A stretch of DNA of 64,000 nucleotides from the NCBI GenBank assembly GCA_965363355.1, contig CBDTTM010000001.1, positions 5,495 to 69,494 of the forward strand, written 5' to 3'. How positions within the stretch are numbered: position 1 is the first letter of the stretch; every line of letters begins with the position of its first letter. The translations under genes and the position numbers were made by a program. This stretch comes from an uncultured Selenomonadaceae bacterium. Its GTDB lineage: Bacteria; Bacillota; Negativicutes; Selenomonadales; Selenomonadaceae. The notes beneath the pieces were generated by a model. The model was not told the DNA's origin and searched no databases. It saw only the letters and a program-made list of their open reading frames with translations. This document shows positions 1 to 9,607 of this stretch, in pieces.

Positions 1-32
1 AGGACTTTCCTCATTTATAAATCATTTTAAAA

Positions 33-443
33 TTATGCTTTTTTGCTCTGCTTTATCTCGACAATTGCTGCCCCATCTTTCTTTTTAGCAGCCATTTCAC
101 TATGCCCGCGGAAAACTCCGCCTTCTTCAATGCTAAATGCTGTCGTCTTCGCATCACCGACCAGTTGCCCCGAGGCAAACACACTTAAATTTCCAGCTAC
201 ATCTACATTGCCTTTGATTGAACCTGAAACCAAGAGATTTTCAGCTTTGATATTACCAATGACATCTCCACTGCTGCCAATCACCACATCACCTGTAATG
301 GAAATGCCACCTTCAATACGTCCATCTACTCGAATATTGCCGCTTCCATTCATCTCACCTTTTATCGAGGTGTTTTTTCCGATAATGGTTTCAATGTCAT
401 GCGCATTTCCTGTTTCTCCAGTTTTTTTGATCGAGCCAAACAT
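33..443 (-). CDS. bactofilin-family polymer-forming cytoskeletal protein (DUF583/CcmA-like)
   Basis: 136 aa with Gly/Val/Ile-rich beta-helical repeats typical of bactofilins (IRVDGRIEGGISITGDVVIGSSGDVIGNIKAENLLVSGSIKGNVDVAGNL). Lys-rich C-terminal tail. Confidence 0.8.
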   Translation of the reverse strand: MFGSIKKTGETGNAHDIETIIGKNTSIKGEMNGSGNIRVDGRIEGGISITGDVVIGSSGDVIGNIKAENLLVSGSIKGNVDVAGNLSVFASGQLVGDAKTTAFSIEEGGVFRGHSEMAAKKKDGAAIVEIKQSKKA

Positions 444-514
444 AATAAAATCAACACTCCTTTGTTATCCTAATAAAAAAGCCCAGATGTCTTCACCTGA
501 GCTTTTAAATTCTG

Positions 515-1414
515 TTATAAATATCTCGCTGGATTTACGGCTTGTCCATTTACTCTGACTTCATAATGTACATGTGGGCCTGTACTGAATCCCGTGCTGC
601 CCATATAGGCAATTACCTGTCCACGCTTGACTTGCTGTCCTGCTGTAACAACGACTCGCTGAGCATGTCCATAACGTGTCGTAATTCCATTACCGTGATC
701 AATATCAATCATGTTTCCATAGCCGCCTGCATTCCAGCCTGCAGTGGTCACAACGCCATCTGCTGTAGCTACAATGGGCGTTCCTGCATCATTTGCTATA
801 TCAATGCCCGGATGAAAATCCGTTCCATTCCATCTTAAACCATATGGTGAACTCACATCACCGCTTGCTGGCCATATAGACGGTGTCACTGCCATTTCCG
901 CCTGCTTTACTGCTAATTGTTGTTGCAAGGCTTCTAGGCTTTCTTTTCGCTGTGCCATGGTTTTTTCAATATTATCCAAGGCGTCACTCACATTTTGAAT
1001 ACTCGGCTGAATTCTTGGACCACCTTGACCATCATGGGTCCCACCTGCACCTGGATTAGACGAACCATCTGCCGGTGCTGAAAGCTGCCTTATTTCAGTT
1101 TCAAGCTCATTGAGCTTTTCCATGTCGGCCTGTAAGACACTGGCTTTTTTAGCTAATGACAACAATTGTTCCTGCTGTAAACTATTTACCTGTCTCAATT
1201 CACCAATTTCGGCTGTATTGCTCTTTTGTACATACACATTATATGTAGCATAGCCAAAAGCTCCGACAAATAAAATCGCTCCCAAACACAATGAAGCAAT
1301 TCCATATTTAATTGTACGGATTGGCAGGCGAATGCTCTGAACGTTTTCTCCACGGTGAGGAATAATTTTTATGGTATACTCCCGGTTATCCGGTTTTTGA
1401 ACTTGCTTTTCCAA
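515..1414 (-). CDS. M23 (LytM-domain) peptidoglycan metallopeptidase with N-terminal TM helix and coiled coil
   Basis: C-terminal M23 signature: HPGIDIA ... GYGNMIDIDHGNGITTRYGHA ... GSTGFSTGPHVHYEV. Hydrophobic helix at aa ~37-60, followed by a heptad-like region. Confidence 0.85.
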   Translation of the reverse strand: MEKQVQKPDNREYTIKIIPHRGENVQSIRLPIRTIKYGIASLCLGAILFVGAFGYATYNVYVQKSNTAEIGELRQVNSLQQEQLLSLAKKASVLQADMEKLNELETEIRQLSAPADGSSNPGAGGTHDGQGGPRIQPSIQNVSDALDNIEKTMAQRKESLEALQQQLAVKQAEMAVTPSIWPASGDVSSPYGLRWNGTDFHPGIDIANDAGTPIVATADGVVTTAGWNAGGYGNMIDIDHGNGITTRYGHAQRVVVTAGQQVKRGQVIAYMGSTGFSTGPHVHYEVRVNGQAVNPARYL

Positions 1415-1559
1415 AAAAAGTCCTCCAAACTAAGAATGTATTTGGCTTCTTTTTTATGTACAAAAAAAGCCAGTACTATACTATTATAGCACAGGCTTTT
1501 TTTATTTTAAAGGCATTTCCTTCATAACATTATATTTCTCGCTGCATTACATGTTGAAA

Positions 1560-2072
1560 TTATTGCTGCATTGCTTTTTGTAAAGCTTCCTTTTCTTCAT
1601 CGGTCAGCGTGTAGGTTGACGTCCCATTGACAATAGGTTTTGTATAACTGCGTGACTCTTCTCGACCGAAAATGCTCGATAAGATCAATCCATTATTTCC
1701 TTCATCAAGCATGGCTACGGCATAACTTAAATCACTACCAATATCTTCAAATGCACAAAATCTTATAATTCCAATCTTATGTAATGATTTATTTACCAGC
1801 TGTCGGATGATTTTATTATCTTCTTCCACTGCCGCCGTTCTTTTGACAACTTCTTTGACTTCATCAATATGCCCCAAGAGCATACGTTCTAGGTTTGCCC
1901 CATCGTCAACTCCCGTCATCATTTTTCTATACCTTTTTTTCAAATAACTTACATTCATAAATAAACTGATGATAATTACATACATTACTAAAACCAAAAC
2001 ACCTAAAACACCTAAAATATAAAACATATTATTCATCATCATATTCATCAGTACCGAACTATCGATTGCCAT
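1560..2072 (-). CDS. DUF4446-family membrane-anchored protein (commonly found next to parB in Bacillota)
   Basis: 170 aa with one N-terminal TM helix. The C-terminal block RFCAFEDIGSDLSYAVAMLDEGNNGLILSSIFGREESRSYTKPI matches my recollection of the DUF4446 core. Lies directly downstream of parB. Confidence 0.6.
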   Translation of the reverse strand: MAIDSSVLMNMMMNNMFYILGVLGVLVLVMYVIIISLFMNVSYLKKRYRKMMTGVDDGANLERMLLGHIDEVKEVVKRTAAVEEDNKIIRQLVNKSLHKIGIIRFCAFEDIGSDLSYAVAMLDEGNNGLILSSIFGREESRSYTKPIVNGTSTYTLTDEEKEALQKAMQQ

Positions 2073-2270
2073 TTTTGCTTATTCTCCTCTTGCGTTGCAG
2101 CCGCTTTTAGCCTATACATAAATTCTAAATATCTGCCTCGCTGTTTGCGTATTCTAGTAGGAAAAATTTATGTTTTAAACATATTCGTTTCTATCCAATA
2201 AATTTTTCCACTAAATTATTTTATCACAAAATTTTTCAACGTAAATACTTCTCAATAAAAAAACATTTTT

Positions 2271-2286
2271 TGTTTCACGTGAAACA
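2271..2286. other. parS: parS centromere-like site, perfect 16-bp palindrome TGTTTCACGTGAAACA
   Basis: Exact match to the palindromic ParB/Spo0J binding consensus. Ends 8 nt before the stop-codon end of parB (2294). Confidence 0.85.
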
Positions 2287-2293
2287 TTTTTTC

Positions 2294-3220
2294 TTATACA
2301 ATTATTTCTTTTGAGAAACGATTTATTGTATTTCTTTGCTCAATCTGTTTCGTCAATGTTTCAACTATATTATCTAAATCGTCTGCTGAGTAGAATTCGA
2401 TTTCGATTTTACTCTTACTTTTCCCTGGTTTTATACGGACTTTTGTTCCTAAGAGCATTTTTAATCGATCTTCTGCTTCAAGAACAAAAATTTCACGTTT
2501 TTCATCATTGCCTTCTATATCAATAATTTCATCTTTTTCTTTAAAATAGCTTGGATCTTTTTGTACTTTTTTTACAAGTTCCTCAGCCATTCGCGACGAT
2601 AAATCTTCTGCAATAATATAATCAGCTGCTTCTATTTGAAGTGCTTCATCCTCAATTCCAAGCAACGGCTTCGCCTGCCCCATGGTTATGGATGCATTGA
2701 TGATATATCCCTGTACACGTTTACTCAAACGTAAAAGGCGTAAGAAATTAGCAATATGTGACCGACTTCGACCTACACGTTTAGCTAATAAGTCTTGCGT
2801 AAGGCCGAATTCAGAAGATAGCCTTTCGTAAGCCAGCGCTTCTTCAATTGCATTCAAATCTTCTCGCTGTAAATTTTCAATCAAAGCAATTTCCGTTGAT
2901 TGTGCATCCGTATATTCTCTGACAAGAACGGGAACTTTCTCGAGCCCAGCTAATCTTGATGCTCGTAATCTTCTCTCCCCAGCAATCAATTCGTAACCTT
3001 GTGCACTTTTACGAACCAATAATGGTTGCAGTACGCCATATTCCTTGACAGAGTTCTTCAATTCCTCTAAAGTTTCTTCATCAAACTCTTTACGAGGCTG
3101 AAATGGGTTTACACTAATTTCATTTACAGAAATCTCTTGCACTTTATCTTTAACGTTTTCTGTATTTTTCAATAAAGCACCTAACCCTTTTCCTAGCCCT
3201 CCCGGCGATGTCTTAACCAT
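2294..3220 (-). CDS. parB: chromosome partitioning protein ParB/Spo0J
   Basis: ParB N-domain motif LIAGERRLRAS. HTH reads GLTQDLLAKRVGRSRSHIANFLRLLRL. Overlaps parA by 8 nt. Confidence 0.9.
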   Translation of the reverse strand: MVKTSPGGLGKGLGALLKNTENVKDKVQEISVNEISVNPFQPRKEFDEETLEELKNSVKEYGVLQPLLVRKSAQGYELIAGERRLRASRLAGLEKVPVLVREYTDAQSTEIALIENLQREDLNAIEEALAYERLSSEFGLTQDLLAKRVGRSRSHIANFLRLLRLSKRVQGYIINASITMGQAKPLLGIEDEALQIEAADYIIAEDLSSRMAEELVKKVQKDPSYFKEKDEIIDIEGNDEKREIFVLEAEDRLKMLLGTKVRIKPGKSKSKIEIEFYSADDLDNIVETLTKQIEQRNTINRFSKEIIV

Positions 3221-3986
3221 TCTTGCTCACCTCTTTAGCCAAATCGCGATATACCTCTGCCCCTTTTGATCTAGGATCATAGGCAATGATTGGTTGTCCG
3301 TAAGAAGGTGCTTCACTTAAGCGAACGTTTCTTGGAATAACCGTTTCATATACCTTTTCGGCAAAATGTTTGTGAACTTCTTCCGCTACTTGCATAGATA
3401 ACTTGGTACGGGAATCAAACATCGTCAATAATACGCCCTCAAGAACCAAATCTGGATTAAGATTTTGTTGAACAAGCGATATTGTATTCATAAGTTGTGA
3501 AACGCCTTCCAGTGCATAAAATTCAGATTGGATTGGCATCAATACGGAATCAGCTGCGGTTAATGAATTTAAAGTAAGCAAGCCTAAAGATGGTGGACAA
3601 TCTATAATTACATAGTCGTAATTTTTTTTGACCTTATCGATTGCTCTTTTCAATTTATTTTCCCGTGAAATTGCGGCAACTAACTCAACTTCAGCCCCAG
3701 CAAGTTCAATTGTTGCTGGTAAAATTGACAAATTGGCAAAATCTGTTTCCTGAATAACCAATTCAATATCAGCTCCAGCAACCAAAACGTCATAAATAGA
3801 TTGCTCAATCTGTGATTTATCCAATCCATAGCCACTTGTCGCATTTCCCTGAGGATCGACATCGACAAGTAATACCTTTTTATTGAGTTCCGCTAAGCAA
3901 GCGCTTAAATTTACCGAGGTAGTCGTTTTTCCAACGCCGCCTTTTTGATTGGCAATCGCAATAATTTTTGCCAAATTGTTCACCAT
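3213..3986 (-). CDS. parA: chromosome partitioning ATPase ParA/Soj
   Basis: Deviant Walker A KGGVGKTT near the N-terminus, 257 aa, classic Soj length and neighbourhood. Confidence 0.9.
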   Translation of the reverse strand: MVNNLAKIIAIANQKGGVGKTTTSVNLSACLAELNKKVLLVDVDPQGNATSGYGLDKSQIEQSIYDVLVAGADIELVIQETDFANLSILPATIELAGAEVELVAAISRENKLKRAIDKVKKNYDYVIIDCPPSLGLLTLNSLTAADSVLMPIQSEFYALEGVSQLMNTISLVQQNLNPDLVLEGVLLTMFDSRTKLSMQVAEEVHKHFAEKVYETVIPRNVRLSEAPSYGQPIIAYDPRSKGAEVYRDLAKEVSKNG

Positions 3987-4208
3987 CTTTTCTTTTTTTT
4001 AAATCTGCTGTTTTTTCACTGCAAAATTCTCTTAATTTTTAAATTTCCACAATTTGATTTTATATTCCTGCCTAAAAAGAAAAATTTTACTTTATTGTGA
4101 TAAAAACTGCATTTTAAAAGAGCATTTTATGATAAAATGTTACTATTGGCTTACAGTTTTACAACTAAAGTCTTTTATTTAGCAAAGCTAGTGTTTACAC
4201 TAATAAAT

Positions 4209-4224
4209 TGTTTCACGTGAAACA
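4209..4224. other. parS: parS site, perfect TGTTTCACGTGAAACA
   Basis: Exact 16-mer. Ends 21 nt upstream of the ATG at 4246, in the promoter/5' UTR region of the metH operon. Confidence 0.85.
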
Positions 4225-4245
4225 ACTCAATGAAAGGAGCTGCTT

Positions 4246-4926
4246 ATGCCGATATACAACGCCCCTTTAAAGAAAGTCGACAAAAGTGAAACGCGTCGCT
4301 ACGCAGGCTTAAATAAAGCAAAGTTCGATGAAAGTGTCATTGAAGCAGCTTGCATGGAAGTTCAGATTTTAGCGCAGCCAAAAGGCATTTGGAATCTTTA
4401 CGATTATGATTCATCAACTGCAATTATCCACTCAGACCCACCTTTTTTTATTGAAGGGAAAAAAATCCAGAAGCATTTAGCTGCTTCGAAAAAAGTCATT
4501 TTATTAGCAGCAACAATCGGCGAAACTGTTGAAGAACAGATTACTTCCTGTTTCAAAGATGGCAAATATTCTTATTCACTCCTGCTTGATGCTGCAGCAA
4601 CAACTGCTGTAGAGCAAGCTGCTGATGAACTTGAAAAGACAATCCGCCAAAAAGTAGAGCCGATGGGATATGATATGATTTGGCGATTCAGTCCCGGCTA
4701 CGGCGATTGGGATATTCGCTTTCAACCCGAAATGATTCGTTTGAGCCAGGCAAACAAAATAGGAATAACTTTAACTGAATCGATGATGCTTTTGCCACGA
4801 AAATCAATTACCGCAATTATTGGGTTAGTCCCCAAAAAGAATGAGTTCCCTTGTGATGAAAGTCATTCACAAAAACATGATTGCCAGATTTGTGAAAAAA
4901 TCGATTGTTTAGCTAGAAAATCATAA
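4246..4926 (+). CDS. stand-alone methionine synthase activation (AdoMet-binding) domain protein with Cys-rich C-tail
   Basis: 226 aa. RFSPGYGDW motif resembles the MetH reactivation domain. RBS aaaggag upstream. The next ORF is a MetH lacking this domain. Tail reads CDESHSQKHDCQICEKIDC. Confidence 0.7.
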   Translation: MPIYNAPLKKVDKSETRRYAGLNKAKFDESVIEAACMEVQILAQPKGIWNLYDYDSSTAIIHSDPPFFIEGKKIQKHLAASKKVILLAATIGETVEEQITSCFKDGKYSYSLLLDAAATTAVEQAADELEKTIRQKVEPMGYDMIWRFSPGYGDWDIRFQPEMIRLSQANKIGITLTESMMLLPRKSITAIIGLVPKKNEFPCDESHSQKHDCQICEKIDCLARKS

Positions 4927-4957
4927 ATATTATTATATATGGAAGAGGAGAATCCTA

Positions 4958-7330
4958 ATGATCCAAGTTTTTGACGGTGCTATGGGCACTATGCTACAGT
5001 CAGCTGGTTTGAAGCCCGGTGATTGCCCTGAATTATTAAATATAGAACAACCTGAAATTGTTGAAAAAGTCCATGCTGCATATATTTCTAGCGGTGCCGA
5101 CATTATCGAAACCAATACCTTTGGTGGCAATCGCCTAAAGCTCGAGCATTATGGATTGGCTAGCCGAGCAAAGGAAATCAACAAGGCCGCTGTAAAAGCA
5201 GCCCAAACAGCTGCAAAAGGCACCAAAGTTAAAATTGCCGGATCTATGGGGCCAACAGGAAGATTTATTGCTCCGCTTGGCGATTTGGATTTTGATGAAG
5301 CCTATGATGCCTTTTTTGAACAAGCACAAGCTCTAGCAGAAGCTGGTGCCGATTATTTATTAATAGAAACGAGTATTGATATTCAAGAAATGCGTGCTGC
5401 ACTTCTTGCTGCCAAAGCCGCAGCAAAGATTCCTGTAATTTGCCAAATGTCTTATAGTGAGGATGGCCGAACGGTTACAGGAACAGATCCACAGACTGCT
5501 GCCATCACGCTCGAGGCTTTAGGTGCTGATATCATTGGGGCAAATTGCTCCTTAGGCCCTGAACAACTCATCCCCATCGTAGAAACACTTGCAGCAAATT
5601 GCTCTTGTCCAATCAGCGTCCAGCCAAACGCCGGAATGCCTCATTTGGTTGACGGAAATACAATTTTCCCTATGTCGGCAGATGATATGGGACAATGGGC
5701 TGAAAAACTTGCTGCTGCAGGTGCTACTTTTATTGGCGGATGCTGCGGAACAACGCCAGCACACATCGCTGCTTTAAAAAATGCATTAAAAGACGTCACT
5801 CCAGTCCAAAGAAAACCTCGCCGTCCCATTTTGGCACTAACAAGTCGCAGTAAAACCGTCTTTATTGATAAAGACCTTCCAACCCGTTTAATTGGCGAAC
5901 GCGTTAATCCGACAGGTCGAAAAAAACTAGCAGAAGAAATACGTAATAATTCATTCCTATCTGTGAAAAAAGAGGCAATTGAGCAAGTACACGCAGGAGC
6001 AGATATTCTCGACATCAACATGGGTGTCGCTGGTATCGACCAAACAATTGCAATGAAAAAAGCCGTTACCGACATTGCTCAACTCGTAGATGTCCCTCTA
6101 GCGATTGACACAAGCGATGCCAATGCCTTAGAAGCTGGACTAAGGGCATACCCAGGGAGAGCCTTGATTAATTCCGTCAGTGCCGAGCCAGAGCGTTTGG
6201 AATACTTTTTGCCACTGGCAAAAAAGTACGGTGCTGCAATCCTTTGTTTACCAATTTCGCCAGAAGGCGTACCACAAACGGCTATCGAAAGAAAAAATCT
6301 CATTGAGAAAATAATTGATGAAGCTCAGCAATTCGGCTTAAAATCAGGTGATTTTCTTTTAGATGGCCTCGTCATGACCGCAGCCGCTGATGCAAAAGCC
6401 GGTACAGAAACCTTGGAAACCTTACGCTTGTATCGCGAACATTTTGGTTATCCTTCAACGATGGGACTCAGCAATATTTCATTTGGTTTGCCAAATCGTC
6501 CTTTAATCAATAGTACTTTCTTTTCGATGTGCTTAGCAGCTGGCCTTGATGCTCCAATCATGAACCCTTATGATGATTCCATGCAGAACGCATTGCTTGC
6601 CAGTGCAGCGCTTTTAGGCAAAGACCCAAACGCTCGTGCCTACAGCATGAATACCGTTAACCAATCTGCGCCGAAGTCTGCTGCCACCGCTAAAATAGTC
6701 GATATGGATATTCTCACCGCTATAAAAACAAGCGTAATCAATGGTGAAACAGATTCTGTTGCAGCCTTGGTCGAAACAGCGCTTAAGGAAGGGCACTCTT
6801 CTGATGAAATAACAGAAAAAGCCTTAACTGCAGCGATGAATGATATTGGCATCGACTTTGGTCAAGGACGTGTTTTTCTTCCGCAAGTTTTGCTATCAGC
6901 AGAAACCATGCGAGCGGCCTTCTTGAAAATAAAAGAAATTCTTCCAATGCAAAATACGCAAAATAAAGGTACCGTCGTAATTGCTACAGTAAAAGGCGAT
7001 GTCCATGATCTTGGAAAAAACATCGTTGCTGCGCTTTTAGAAAACAATGGTTTCAAACTAATAGATTTAGGCAAAGATGTCGACACGGAAACTATTGTCC
7101 GCAGTGCAATTGAAAACGAGGCCGATATCGTTGGCTTATGTGCCCTGATGACGACAACAATGGTGCAAATCGATAAAGTCATCCAATCACTTAAAGAGGC
7201 AGGCTGCATGGCTAAGGTCATTGTCGGTGGCGCTGTATTAACACAAGAATACGCTGACCAAGCTGGTGCTGACGCTTATGCTCATGATGGTGTGATTGCA
7301 GTTAATCTAGCTAAAGAATTGTTGGATTGA
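4958..7330 (+). CDS. metH: cobalamin-dependent methionine synthase (Hcy-binding + pterin-binding + B12 cap + B12-binding domains; no activation domain)
   Basis: N-terminal homocysteine S-methyltransferase region (GGCCGTTPAHI), central pterin-binding region, C-terminal DxHxxG B12 motif (GDVHDLGKNIV). 790 aa. Confidence 0.85.
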   Translation: MIQVFDGAMGTMLQSAGLKPGDCPELLNIEQPEIVEKVHAAYISSGADIIETNTFGGNRLKLEHYGLASRAKEINKAAVKAAQTAAKGTKVKIAGSMGPTGRFIAPLGDLDFDEAYDAFFEQAQALAEAGADYLLIETSIDIQEMRAALLAAKAAAKIPVICQMSYSEDGRTVTGTDPQTAAITLEALGADIIGANCSLGPEQLIPIVETLAANCSCPISVQPNAGMPHLVDGNTIFPMSADDMGQWAEKLAAAGATFIGGCCGTTPAHIAALKNALKDVTPVQRKPRRPILALTSRSKTVFIDKDLPTRLIGERVNPTGRKKLAEEIRNNSFLSVKKEAIEQVHAGADILDINMGVAGIDQTIAMKKAVTDIAQLVDVPLAIDTSDANALEAGLRAYPGRALINSVSAEPERLEYFLPLAKKYGAAILCLPISPEGVPQTAIERKNLIEKIIDEAQQFGLKSGDFLLDGLVMTAAADAKAGTETLETLRLYREHFGYPSTMGLSNISFGLPNRPLINSTFFSMCLAAGLDAPIMNPYDDSMQNALLASAALLGKDPNARAYSMNTVNQSAPKSAATAKIVDMDILTAIKTSVINGETDSVAALVETALKEGHSSDEITEKALTAAMNDIGIDFGQGRVFLPQVLLSAETMRAAFLKIKEILPMQNTQNKGTVVIATVKGDVHDLGKNIVAALLENNGFKLIDLGKDVDTETIVRSAIENEADIVGLCALMTTTMVQIDKVIQSLKEAGCMAKVIVGGAVLTQEYADQAGADAYAHDGVIAVNLAKELLD

Positions 7331-7341
7331 TTTCATAGATA

Positions 7342-7357
7342 TGTTTCACGTGAAACA
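7342..7357. other. parS: parS site, perfect TGTTTCACGTGAAACA, embedded in a longer near-palindrome
   Basis: Exact 16-mer starting 12 nt after the metH stop. Flanks tcatagat(a)...atctatga extend the inverted repeat. Confidence 0.85.
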
Positions 7358-7387
7358 ATCTATGAAAAATCTCGCACACAATAAACA

Positions 7388-7415
7388 AAGCCCGCAGCAA
7401 ATTGCTGCGGGCTTT
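7388..7415. terminator. bidirectional intrinsic terminator between metH and pfkA
   Basis: Hairpin aaagcccgcagca-at-tgctgcgggcttt with A/T runs on both sides. Confidence 0.7.
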
Positions 7416-7430
7416 GTTTCACGTGAAACA
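7415..7430. other. parS: parS site, perfect TGTTTCACGTGAAACA
   Basis: Exact 16-mer abutting the terminator stem. Ends 4 nt before the pfkA stop-codon end (7434). Confidence 0.85.
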
Positions 7431-7433
7431 TTA

Positions 7434-8396
7434 TCAAACTAACACTTTTGCCAAACGAATGAATTCTGGATCCAATTTCTTTTTATTCGTTACCGCATCA
7501 TGTAAATCAATTGATACAACTTTACCAGCATCAAAACCGAAAACGACATTCGATAAGCCTGATATAAGTGCCAAAGCTGCTTTTTCACCTAATTGACTGG
7601 CCTTGACCCTATCAATTACCGTTGGCGATCCACCTCTTTGAATATGTCCAAGAACGGATACTCTAGTTTCAATATTTGTTTTTTCACCAATGACTTTTCC
7701 TATTTCAATACCACTGCCGACACCTTCAGCAACAACTACCATGCTGTATCGTTTGCCTCTCTCATACGCTGCTTTGATTTCCTCACAAACAACATCTAAA
7801 TCGTATTCCGCTTCTGGAACCAAAATAGATTCAGCTCCGCCAGAGATTCCTGCAATCATTGCCAACCAACCGCATTTGCGGCCCATAACTTCAATGACAG
7901 CAATACGGCGATGTGCTGAAGCCGTGTCTCTTAGTTTATTGATTGCATCAATAATCGTATTCGCTGCTGTGTCGGAACCAATTGTGTAATCTGTTCCCCA
8001 AACATCATTATCAATAGTTCCCGGTAAACCGACAATAGGGATGCCATGCTCTGCACTCAATTTTTGTGCACCACGCAGACTTCCATCGCCACCAATTACA
8101 ACCAAACCTTGAATTCCACGTTTTACAAGATTCTCATAACCTTTTTGACGTCCTTCCGGCGTTTCAAATTCCGGGCAACGTGCCGTTCCTAAAAATGTTC
8201 CGCCACGTTGAATGATATCACTAACTGAGCATGTATTCATCGGAAAAATATCTTCCTCTAACATTCCCTTATAGCCATTATTAATTCCCCAAACTTTTAC
8301 CCCTTCAAACAAAGCAGTACGGACTACCGCACGGGTAGCTGCGTTCATTCCCGGGCTGTCTCCACCACTTGTCATCACTGCAATACTTTTTAACAT
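7434..8396 (-). CDS. pfkA: ATP-dependent 6-phosphofructokinase
   Basis: MTSGGDSPGMNAA, GGDGS and GLPGTIDND motifs, 320 aa. Confidence 0.9.
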   Translation of the reverse strand: MLKSIAVMTSGGDSPGMNAATRAVVRTALFEGVKVWGINNGYKGMLEEDIFPMNTCSVSDIIQRGGTFLGTARCPEFETPEGRQKGYENLVKRGIQGLVVIGGDGSLRGAQKLSAEHGIPIVGLPGTIDNDVWGTDYTIGSDTAANTIIDAINKLRDTASAHRRIAVIEVMGRKCGWLAMIAGISGGAESILVPEAEYDLDVVCEEIKAAYERGKRYSMVVVAEGVGSGIEIGKVIGEKTNIETRVSVLGHIQRGGSPTVIDRVKASQLGEKAALALISGLSNVVFGFDAGKVVSIDLHDAVTNKKKLDPEFIRLAKVLV

Positions 8397-8506
8397 AATA
8401 CTGTATCGCCTCCCGTTTATAGTATTCTCCTTCTAAGAAAAAAATCCTGTGCTTTTTACCGTAATCCGCGCAAAAGGAAGAATTTATTTTATGTTCTGTC
8501 AAAATT

Positions 8507-9343
8507 CTATTTATAAACAAACTGGTCTTGCAAAAAATCTTCTTCTGCTAGACAAAGGAAAAAAGTATCCAACACAACTGGATCGAACTTTTTCCCTCGC
8601 TCCTTTATCATAAGCTGCAAAGCTGCTTCAGAAGTCATCGCTTGGCGATAAACCCGATTTGCAGTAAGCGCTTCATAGACATCCACAACCGATAGAATTT
8701 TTGCAGGTAATGGAATTTCATCGCCAATTAAATGACATGGATAACCACTTCCATCAACAGCTTCATGATGAAAGCAGACATATTGTGACACTTTCCGAAA
8801 AGCTGCAATATCTTTTATTGCATTGCAACCAATCTGTGGATGTCTTTTGATTACAGCAAACTCTGCTTCTGTGAGACTATCTTTTTTTTGCAATATATTT
8901 TCAGGAATCCCAATTTTCCCAATATCATGCAGGCTTGCCGCTATTGCCAAATCAGTCAAATCAGTTGCACTAAGCTGCAGGCGTCGGCCCAACATCATCG
9001 CCAAAGAACATACACGCTCAGAATGCCGCCCTGTTGAACGGTCTCTACAATCGATCAATTTAACCAAAGCCGCAACAGCCTCTAAAGATATTTGCTGGTT
9101 CATTTGCTGAACTTGCTTATCCGTTAGAAGGGATGCAAGCCATTGTCGCTCTTCTCTGGTCTTCATCACTTTTTCTTTTAATAAACGACCGAATAGTTTC
9201 TGGTTAAAAAAAATAATAAAAAGGATGCTAATCATCTCAATGCTTGCATATGAATCTGACGCTCCGGCAAAAAAGAAAGAACTTCCCATCAATACATATA
9301 AGAAACACAAAAATAGAAAGTTTTGTCTCAAAATATCAACCAA
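8507..9343 (-). CDS. membrane-anchored HD-GYP domain phosphodiesterase
   Basis: HDIGKIGIP and HHEAVDGSGYP motifs. Hydrophobic N-terminus. Confidence 0.8.
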   Translation of the reverse strand: MVDILRQNFLFLCFLYVLMGSSFFFAGASDSYASIEMISILFIIFFNQKLFGRLLKEKVMKTREERQWLASLLTDKQVQQMNQQISLEAVAALVKLIDCRDRSTGRHSERVCSLAMMLGRRLQLSATDLTDLAIAASLHDIGKIGIPENILQKKDSLTEAEFAVIKRHPQIGCNAIKDIAAFRKVSQYVCFHHEAVDGSGYPCHLIGDEIPLPAKILSVVDVYEALTANRVYRQAMTSEAALQLMIKERGKKFDPVVLDTFFLCLAEEDFLQDQFVYK

Positions 9344-9570
9344 CCTTTCTTCTCGGATAAAGCTTCGGTTCTTAAATAGTGGAAAAATATTTCTGGTTAC
9401 AGCTAATCAAGCCATGACAATATTCCATTTTTTTTACATTAAATATTTATTTTATAGGTATATAGTATCAGACAAAAATTTTTTTTAGCTTTGTTTTTCC
9501 TTTGTTCTTAAAAATCATCTCATCAATTTCCATTTTATGTAATTTATACATTTTGTTAAAGCATGTCATC

Positions 9571-9599
9571 TTGACAAAATTCTGCCGTGATGTTACATT
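9571..9599 (+). promoter_or_regulatory. sigma-70-type promoter (TTGACA-17-TACATT with extended TG) driving the ZTP leader
   Basis: ttgaca at 9571-9576, tgt-tacatt at 9591-9599, spacer 17 nt. Confidence 0.55.
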
Positions 9600-9607
9600 T
9601 TATGTAA

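Noticed and set aside
43-558. 171-aa ORF antisense to the bactofilin gene
   Set aside because: It is a shadow of the repetitive bactofilin coding sequence, with no motif and no RBS.
3987-4245. SAM or B12 riboswitch upstream of the metH operon
   Set aside because: One might be expected for a methionine gene. The 260-nt AT-rich leader lacks the conserved SAM-I and cobalamin core sequences. It contains only an extended -10-like tgataaaat and a parS site.
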